Part shown: piece after piece, positions 56,032 through 64,000 of the stretch | How positions within the stretch are numbered: position 1 is the stretch's first letter | How the letters are laid out: each line of letters starts with the position of its first letter | Assembly (NCBI GenBank): GCA_964016885.1 | Contig: OZ024742.1 | Coordinates: forward strand, 324,198,001 to 324,262,000 | Length of the DNA stretch: 64,000 bases | DNA from: Eledone cirrhosa | Lineage: Eukaryota | Direction: 5' to 3' | The notes under the pieces: generated by a model | What the model was told of the DNA's origin: nothing | Database searches by the model: none | What the model saw: only the letters and a program-made list of their open reading frames with translations | Position numbers and translations under genes: made by a program

Positions 56032-56547
56032 ATGATCAAACCGCCACCCTCCCTCAAAAACGAAGGAGAGGCGGCTTTCCTTTGTGTGATAGCTATGGCG
56101 AAAGAGGTTGTATGGTGGACAAGGTTGAAAGGACTGAGGTCAGACACCTTTCTCTCCGGCCAACAACTGATTCTTTTTTTCAAATACCACTTTGGAAGAA
56201 GAATCAGGATGGAGAGAGAGGTGCTGTACCCCAGCAAGTTTTATGAAAGGTGGGTGAAAGTGGCGAGAATGGCCCGAGTGAATGGGCCTTCTCTCTATAT
56301 CAGCCTGTAGGTTGAGAAAAAGGAGGAGGAGAGGAAAGGAGTACAAACTCTTCGTACTCCTGGAGATAAGGGTTGCACATTTTTTCGGGGGTATGTGTTA
56401 CCCATATAAACTGTCTCCCCCTATTGGGAAAATCGACTAATTTTTTAAATTGCATTTGTGATAACATTTTACACGTTTTTATTGTATGTAAACTTCCCCC
56501 TTTGTATTTGTCCCCTTCTTTTGTGCCCCTGTGGCTAATAAAGAAAC
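56032..56547 (+). mobile_element. Tx1-like LINE 3' fragment (copy 3)
   Basis: Homologous to 52315-52390 and 55515-55947; AATAAA at 56537. Confidence 0.9.
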
Positions 56548-56657
56548 ATTAAAAATAACTTTTTTCAATGCCACTTCCATCTTTCTCTTCCCCCTCCATT
56601 CCTTCACTTCTACAATTTTCCATTCTCACTCCCCTCTCTATCACTCCTCTCTCTCTG

Positions 56658-56737
<80 letters not shown>

Positions 56738-56782
56738 TCTCTCTCTCTCTCTCACACTATCTCTCTCTGCGGTCTATGAATA

Positions 56783-57780
56783 ATTGTTTCTACTTGCCCA
56801 AACAAGGCCAGCAATTTGAAGGAAGGGAGAAAGTCAATTAAATCAACCCCTGTCTGTTACTGGTACTATATTTTACGCATACTGTAAGGATAAAAGGCAA
56901 AGCTAACCCTGGCAAGATTTAAACACAAAAAATAAAGGGTCGTAACTATATGCCGTAAAACATGCTGTCCGATGTTCTACCGATAATGTCAATCTACCGC
57001 CCTAGAGGTCTATAAATAACATAAACAAAACTTTATGAAGTAGTAAAATCAATTGAGTTGACTCTAATAAACTTGACTGAAGTGCGGCAATTTTATAGTC
57101 ATTAGAACGTCGGTTAGATGAAACAGACCTGTCAATTCTCTCTGTCTGAGAGGGAGATCTCCCACACACTTTGGTGTGGGTGATGTCTTCTCTTGTGAAA
57201 ATGCTTTCATTATGTAGTATCGGTAGAGGGTCGGACGCCATGCTTTGAAGCATAGAGTTACCTCCCTTTATGATCTGAGTTCAAATGCCGCCGAGGTTAA
57301 CTTTGCCTTTCATCCTTACGGGGTCGATAAAATAAAGTACCACTGGGATAATTCCTGGCCTTGTACCAAAGTAGAAACAATTATGTAAAATATTCCCATT
57401 TTGCCTCATTTCTCCTCTTTTGGGGTCACTTTTTCCATGGTACTCCCTGTTTTGGGTTTTTAGAAGTTGGCAGGTCTGGATGAAAGACCTAGTTAATTGA
57501 GGTGCGATTTCAACATTCAAGGAAGAGGGACGTAATTAAATGCCACAAGTTCCTTAGTCCATCGCTCTACCGATTTTGTCATCCATATTTCTAGGTAATA
57601 TTGGTTTCTAATTTAAGCACAATACGCCAGCAATTTTTAAGGGGTGAGGTTGGAGGGGGGGGGGGGGAATTCGATTATATTGACCCCTACTACTTGACTG
57701 ATGCTTTGTATTTTCGACTTTGGCGGGCTAAAGGACAAAGCTGACCAGGGCGGGATTTGAACTCAGAATCTAAAGAACCA
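56783..57780. mobile_element. Three OK-like SINEs: 56783-57003 (-), 57215-57383 (+), 57600-57780 (-)
   Basis: Family matches of varying divergence. Confidence 0.75.
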
Positions 57781-57799
57781 GAACATATTCCACATATGT

Positions 57800-57950
57800 T
57801 CTGGTGTCCTTGACCCTAGGGCCTCCTTCCTACTCACCACCATCGACACAAAGTTGGCTACCCGCAGGTGTGAGCCTCGCGAGCTAGAATGGCTCTTCCA
57901 GCGCGTCTGCCTCCCCATCCTCCGGGGAAACACTTTCTCTATTCTGTTCT
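57800..57950 (+). pseudogene. CRE-clade 3' fragment
   Basis: GVLDPRA...CEPRELEWLFQRVCLPILRGNTFSIL. Confidence 0.75.
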
Positions 57951-58344
57951 GAGAGATGGAGAGAGACAGAGGCAGTGACAGTGGGAGTTTGGTTCCTTTT
58001 GTTCGGACCTGGTGTATATGTATATGTTTCACCGACACACACTCACACTGAGATTATTGTGTATATGGCAACTAAACAGTTAAATCATGCACACGCCTAT
58101 GCGTGTATGTAGATACAAATATCGCAAATCACTATCTCCGACGGTCTAAAGATTCTATTAATCCGCCGTCGATGATTTCTTTTATAGGCCATAAGTGTCC
58201 ATGACGTGAATAGTACAAAAGGACAAAAGAGAAAAAGAAAAGCAATTTGGGATTTACTTGATGTAAGGTCAACAATAACAATAAAGATGTTACTGAATAA
58301 ATGATGAAAACGAACAGCAATAACAATTTAAAACAACAACACAA

Positions 58345-58575
58345 TCTTCTTCTTATCGTGTCCACAAGAGTGTCAGCTACAAAGCTTGGCTAGATGTGGT
58401 TTCGCCAGAGCTTAACACATTTCTGTCCTTTCTCATTAAACTCTGCTAAGTCCAATGCTGTGCAGGGGTGTTCCAGCAGGGGGCATAGCAGGAGGTGCTG
58501 CGTAGTCTGTGGTTCGATGTCGCAGTCACACATAACGTCCCCATCTTTAAGATACTGCTAAGCCTATCCCCACCA
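58345..58575 (-). pseudogene. Ingi/Vingi-like LINE 3' end
   Basis: CDCDIEPQTTQHLLLCPLLEHPCTALDL...LW...* followed by GGACACGATAAGAAGAAG. Confidence 0.65.
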
Positions 58576-58976
58576 CAAGCAACAAAGTTGTTCGTAGATA
58601 TAGAGAGGAGTTGAGTTTGGTTTTAGTAGATACAGAGAGGAGGATTAAAAGAGATTTTTGTGTGATAGACATAGAGAGGAGGAGAATTGGTGGCCCTCTC
58701 GGGTCCCAAATAATAGGAGGGGTGGCAATAATGGGAGGGGGGGGGGGGGATGGGATCAGTAATTGTATAGTGTACGTTCGTAAATATGGGATTTCTTGCA
58801 ATGTTCTTCTTTTCTCATATAGGTATGTTTTTTTAATGTAAAATAAAATTATTATTAGATTCTCCAGCTGCTGCATCAATATGAATCACTTACAATAAAA
58901 TTTCGCCTGAGATAGATAAGCAAAATTTGATAAGCGGTTGGGGGGTGGTGATAGAAAATACCGAAGTAGAGTTTAA

Positions 58977-59114
58977 ATATTCATTTATTATGGCTAAGCC
59001 TTGTTACCCTGGAGTTCCACCTGCGCACTCACCAGAAAAGACTGGTGATCCTGTGAGTGCGGAGGTGAAACTTTAGAGTAACAAAGCTCATCAATAGCCA
59101 TAATAAATGAATAT
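58977..59114. repeat. Small foldback/MITE-like palindrome
   Basis: ATATTCATTTATTATGGCTA / TAGCCATAATAAATGAATAT, with pairing continuing inward. Confidence 0.7.
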
Positions 59115-59142
59115 ATATGTATATATATGTATATATATATAA

Positions 59143-59276
59143 AATGTTTAATATAGAAATGGCTTCTACAGGACTAGAACCGTTTCATTCGAAGGAAATC
59201 ATCAGGGGCTTTCTGGATGATTTCCTTCGAATGAAACAGCTTTACTCCTGCAGAAGCCATTTCTGTATTAAACATT
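59143..59276. repeat. Palindrome with HHR-like cores at its centre
   Basis: Minus strand CTGATGA-TTTC cttc GAAT-GAAAC; plus arm TGGATGA-TTTCCTTCGAAT-GAAAC. Confidence 0.7.
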
Positions 59277-59330
59277 ATATACTCTACTATGTATTGAGTA
59301 TCTTACTGTGGTCACCCCAGATTGAACCCA

Positions 59331-59401
<71 letters not shown>

Positions 59402-59528
59402 GAGGGGAGATGAATAAATTGGGCATAATACCAGTTCCTTACCAAACGCGAAGAAGCTTGATGTATTAACCCCTTACGAAAAGGCACAGAGCATAATTTT
59501 TTAAAATTATGTTTTAATTATGTATATA

Positions 59529-59756
59529 CAGTGGCGGTGGAACTGGGGGACATGCCTCCCTCCAATAATTATAATTTCTCCCCAAACTACCAAAACATAC
59601 ATCTAGTTGGATATGCGCTACAATTTATGTACATGTTATGTTTATCGCATATTTAGGTGTTCTGAACATTTTAGTGTGCAAAGAGCTAAACTAATCACTA
59701 CAGCTAAATTGTTCAAATTTGGCACCCACAATTCAGAAATGCTTCCACCACCCCTG
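59529..59756. mobile_element. hAT-like MITE
   Basis: TIRs CAGTGGCGGTGGAA / TTCCACCACCCCTG (12/14 match); no clean TSD. Confidence 0.55.
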
Positions 59757-59859
59757 TATATGCTGTGCATTTGTATACTTATAGGTGGAGCGTGATATGT
59801 GTTTTGTTACAATATTATTACCTCCTTTGCAATTAACGAGATCTCATGTATAAAATAAT

Positions 59860-60032
59860 AGTTTCTTGTATAGCCACAAGGCCAGCAATTTTGGGGAGGA
59901 AAACGTCGATTAAATCGACCCTAGTGCATTACTGGTGCTTTATTTTATCGACCCCGTAAGGATGAAAGGCAAAGGTAACATCGGCAGAATTTGAACTCAG
60001 AACGTAAAGGGCCATAACTCTATGCTGCAAAG
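59860..60032 (-). mobile_element. OK-like SINE, partial
   Basis: Family match. Confidence 0.8.
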
Positions 60033-60074
60033 TATCGGCTCTTTTTGTATTGCCTGAAAGTTAAGCAGCACTAG

Positions 60075-60365
60075 CTGATATACCGTCTCTAAGACCTATG
60101 TTAATGTAGGCTTTGAAAACTTAGATAGCATGTATACATGAAGAACTAATGAGGAATCTGCAGATACTCCACCCTGACTATACCTTCAGATTTATACCTG
60201 TGATCACTGGGGCTCTGGGATATGTTACTAACTGCCTCAGTACAAATCTTGAGAAGATGGGCTTCACTGAACCAGAAAGAACATGACTAGTTAGGAAGTT
60301 ATAAGTACAATCCATTAATGGAACTGTAAAAGTATGTAAAACATTACAAACATTCTGCATGTAAT
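60075..60365 (+). pseudogene. RLE-type (R4/Dong-like) LINE 3' end
   Basis: ELMRNLQILHPDYTFRFIPVITGALG...RKL*VQSINGTVKVCKT. Confidence 0.6.
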
Positions 60366-60891
60366 AACTCCGTATACATATGTGTAGACACAAAACATAT
60401 GCACACGCACATATAGCTCATAGCTTTCATAGCCACATATACAATAACCTCCATACATACACACATACATACACAAGCATGTGCACAACTAGGAGAGAGA
60501 CATATTTATCTAGTTGATGTCATTTCAATGAAAGTCTTATGTCTATGTTAGAAACCGGTTCTCTGTCTATTGCTAAACATATATAAAATAAGAGAGAGAG
60601 AGAGAGAGGGGGGGGGGAGTATAAAAGAGAACAACATTGAATATAGTTGTAGAGCGGGAGAAGAATGCTGTGAATAGGGTTGTGTTGTGTTAATTTATAT
60701 CAGATGAGGTAGAGACTATTGACATGTATGGTTAAGGAGTTTTGAGCAAATTTAATATAGTTCCATAGCGTGTGTATGTAAGCGTTAATTGGTGTATTGT
60801 TGAGTTTGTTCCACACGATTAAGCGACGTATTCTATAGTATCTGCTATATCTGTCTATCTATCTAGCTATCTATCTACCCCCCTATATATA

Positions 60892-60952
<61 letters not shown>

Positions 60953-61591
60953 CCAAATGCTGTCTACCTCTCTTTATTTGCCTTTGTTACAAGCAAACAC
61001 ATTCTACCAAGTGTAATATCGTGAGTTGATTAAGTGAGGTACTTCGGGGTCAATATATCAACTATATCCTATTGCTACAAGCACTGAGATTTGCTATTTT
61101 ACTTAGGCTGTACTTGAAACCCTAGTCCAATGCTCTTTGCTTTGACCAGTACCGTTCTCTATATCCGTTTCGCTGACCAAGCAAGAACATACATGGACTG
61201 GCGTGGTATTCTCAGAGGCAGTTTCTCACTCCGATGGGATATTTAAAATAAAATTTGATTGCTATTTACGTTTAAAAAATCAGAGGTTTTCAAGACGTGT
61301 CCGAACATTTTAATATCTCACCAAGAATCTTTATGTATGTCGCCGCCATATTATGTCAAATCTCGTCTATGTTAAATAATATTTGGTCTAGAAATATTTT
61401 GAGATCTGACAATGATATTTCATTGTTTATTTTTTAATACTTCTAATTTCGCATCGCAAAAATAAAATTTAACTCTTAACATCATATAGCATACAAAACT
61501 GCATTAGTAAAACACCCCTGTATTTACATTAATGAACTTTAAAAGCGCTATGCTATTAATTACTAACCATACATATGCAACATTATTTTTA

Positions 61592-62067
61592 GCAGTATCG
61601 GTAGAGGGTTGGACGCCATGCTTTCTAGCATAGTTACGTCCCTTTACAGTCTGAGTTCAAATCCCGCCGAGGTTAACTTTGCCTTTCATCCTTACGGGGT
61701 CGATAAAATAAAGTACCAGTAATGTAGTGGATAATTGCTGGCCTTGTGCCAAAAGTAGAAACAATTATTTTTAGTGCAAATAACTGCATGCATATTTTTT
61801 TGGTGCACCTTTATAATATATGTAATTAATTAACAGCTTTCCTCAGTCATTCTCAACATTGGCAGTATCGGTAGAGCGCCAGACACTCTGCTTTGTGGCA
61901 CTGAGTTATTGCCCTTTACGTTCCAAGTCCCACCGAGGTTAGCTTTGCCTTTCATCTTTACGAGGGTCGATAAAATAAAGCACCAGTAATGTACTGGGGT
62001 CGATTTAATCGATTTCCCCTCCCCCCTTCAAGTTGCTGGCCTTGTGCCTAAAGTAGAAACAATTATT
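61592..62067 (+). mobile_element. Two OK-like SINEs (61592-61768, 61859-62067)
   Basis: Family matches; one short-subfamily and one long-subfamily copy. Confidence 0.85.
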
Positions 62068-62274
62068 TTTAGCACGAACGACTATATCGAATTTTAGTCA
62101 TTTTTCTAATACTTTAAATTTTCATAACGATTAGTAAACTTGCAAAGATATTAAAAAATCCGTCTTCAGATGTTTTGTGTTAAAATCAATTCAGGATGTT
62201 AAGATAAATTTTAATTTTAAAAAGTGTGTTGACAATGTGGACAGTTTGGAAAGTTCTGAAATCGAAACACGCAC

Positions 62275-62460
62275 TCTGATGTCCTCGGCCCCAGGGCTAC
62301 CTCCTTACTCACCACCATAGGCGCTGAGCTGGCCAGCCGCAGGTGTGAGCCCCGCGAGTTGGAGTGGCTTTTCCAGCGCGTCTCCCTTGCCGTCCTCCGG
62401 GGAAACGCCTTCTCCATTCTGTCTGCCGGGGCTGTGGGTGGGCCCCATCGCGTACCAATA
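62275..62460 (+). pseudogene. CRE-clade 3' fragment
   Basis: VLGPRATSLL...EPRELEWLFQRVSLAVLRGNAFSIL. Confidence 0.8.
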
Positions 62461-63704
62461 CATTAGTTAAATACCATTCTTTCATCGTTACAACTTATAT
62501 CCACATTAATGACGTATTATCTTTGTTGTCCAATGAAACTTATGTTTATATTTTAAAGTAAAAAAAAAACCAAAAAACAAAAAAAAAAGTTTATTGGAGG
62601 TTTGCCTGGAGGTAAACGACAAAGCAGGATTAAATAATCAAGACACTTGTTAAATTTAATGCGTAAAAGATACCAAGCAAGAGCCGCCAGAAAAAGAAAT
62701 ATTATGAACAAATGCTCACAAATCTGATAGTTGTAAAATAATTCAAAAGTTTTGGGGCGTTAATCAATCCAGACCTTATACATATTTACACATAGAGACA
62801 CGTACAAACACACGTACAAACACACGTACAAACACACAAATACTTGCAAACGCACACACATATCCACTAAAAGGAAAATAAAACATCGCCACCAGGCTTG
62901 AATTCCAAATTGAAAGCTGCAATTCCCACACCATCTCAGATATTCCTGGCTTTTGAAAATACCTATGGCGTTTCTTCAATTATTCTGAATGAATCGAAGC
63001 GAAACCTACTTCATTACACACCAATGCCTGATTAAACACAGTTTTATGTGCCAAACTCAACAATGGTTTTGGAATTCTGGAAGCTTCTATTCTCTTAGCT
63101 TTCAAAACAAGCCACACCAATCTCCTTACTTCCTGCATGCAGCATATTGAAAACGAGGTAGTTTTTAGCCAACGTATGATAAAGCTATGCTAGCCAAAAA
63201 TTTAATTATCTATAATGGACTTTCCTTAAAGGAAACTTTTGCTCATTAAGAAGTGGATGTTCTTGGGAAAATAAATAAACCATGACTCTATTCGATCAAC
63301 AGACCAATCAATCAAATGACTAATCGAAGATGAGTAAAAAACAGAACTACATTTATGTTGAGGTCAAGTGAGGTTGCGATGACATAGCATTGTTGATATT
63401 TCTAACCACTAGACACGTATGCGTATATGTGTGTGCGTATGTGTGTGTGTGTTTGTAGATTGTACACACAAGTGTAGTGAATGTTAGACGCTTTTTTATG
63501 TAGTTTGTCATCACCCCTTCCTTTCTCAATCATCTCTAGTGCGTGACGTCATCACAAGTCGCTGAAATTTATATATAAATTCTGAAAATAATCGTTGAGG
63601 TGATGTAATGATCGTTGTTGTTGCTGAAAATCTGTAATCAAAGATGTTCTAGTTATGTATTAAATGTGTCCCTTTTTTATAAATGATTTTTGTAGAGGCT
63701 TACT

Positions 63705-64000
63705 TCGGTTATGTTTACATCCTACCAGTTGTGTTATATGGTCTTGACTGTGTTAATTGGACGACAAAGTCACTTCAGAAGCTCTCGACATTCAAGAACC
63801 ACATCATGAGACTTATGACTGGCAAGCGGCTCAGCGACTGTATCTGTATCAGTGAGCTGCGCAACATTACCAAACTTAGACCAATTACATCAAATGTCAA
63901 GTCAAGAGTACTCAAACTATACGGTCATATAAAAAATCAACTCGTGGTGTAAGGAGGGTATGCCTGGAAGGAAGGTTGGCTGGTAAGAAAAGCAGAAGCC
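63705..64000 (+). pseudogene. RTE LINE C-terminal fragment
   Basis: YILPVVLYGLDC...PITSNVKSRVLKLYGHI...LEGRLAGKKSR. Confidence 0.8.

Overview
Eukaryotic, repeat-saturated, AT-rich DNA with no host protein-coding gene that I can support. About 17 copies of a tRNA-derived SINE resembling the octopus OK family point to an octopod cephalopod (inference). Content: very many microsatellites, decayed non-LTR retrotransposons (Tx1-like tandem at 47.9-56.5 kb; CRE, RTE, Ingi/Vingi-like and R4-like fragments), small hAT, Tc1/mariner and Helitron non-autonomous elements, and several minisatellites. The strongest signal is about 20 minimal type I hammerhead-ribozyme (HHR) motifs from at least 6 sequence families. 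Most sit in outward-facing inverted-repeat (foldback) elements embedded in (TA)n or (CA)n tracts, and one family is tied to a Naiad-type Penelope-like GIY-YIG ORF. They include recurrent core variants (U4C; compensatory U3-A8). Other points of note: a 55-bp satellite amplified from an RTE coding segment, a tandem-hairpin satellite, a candidate HDV-like ribozyme, and a conserved splice donor overlapping the Tx1 ORF1 stop codon. All calls are by eye and no searches were run.
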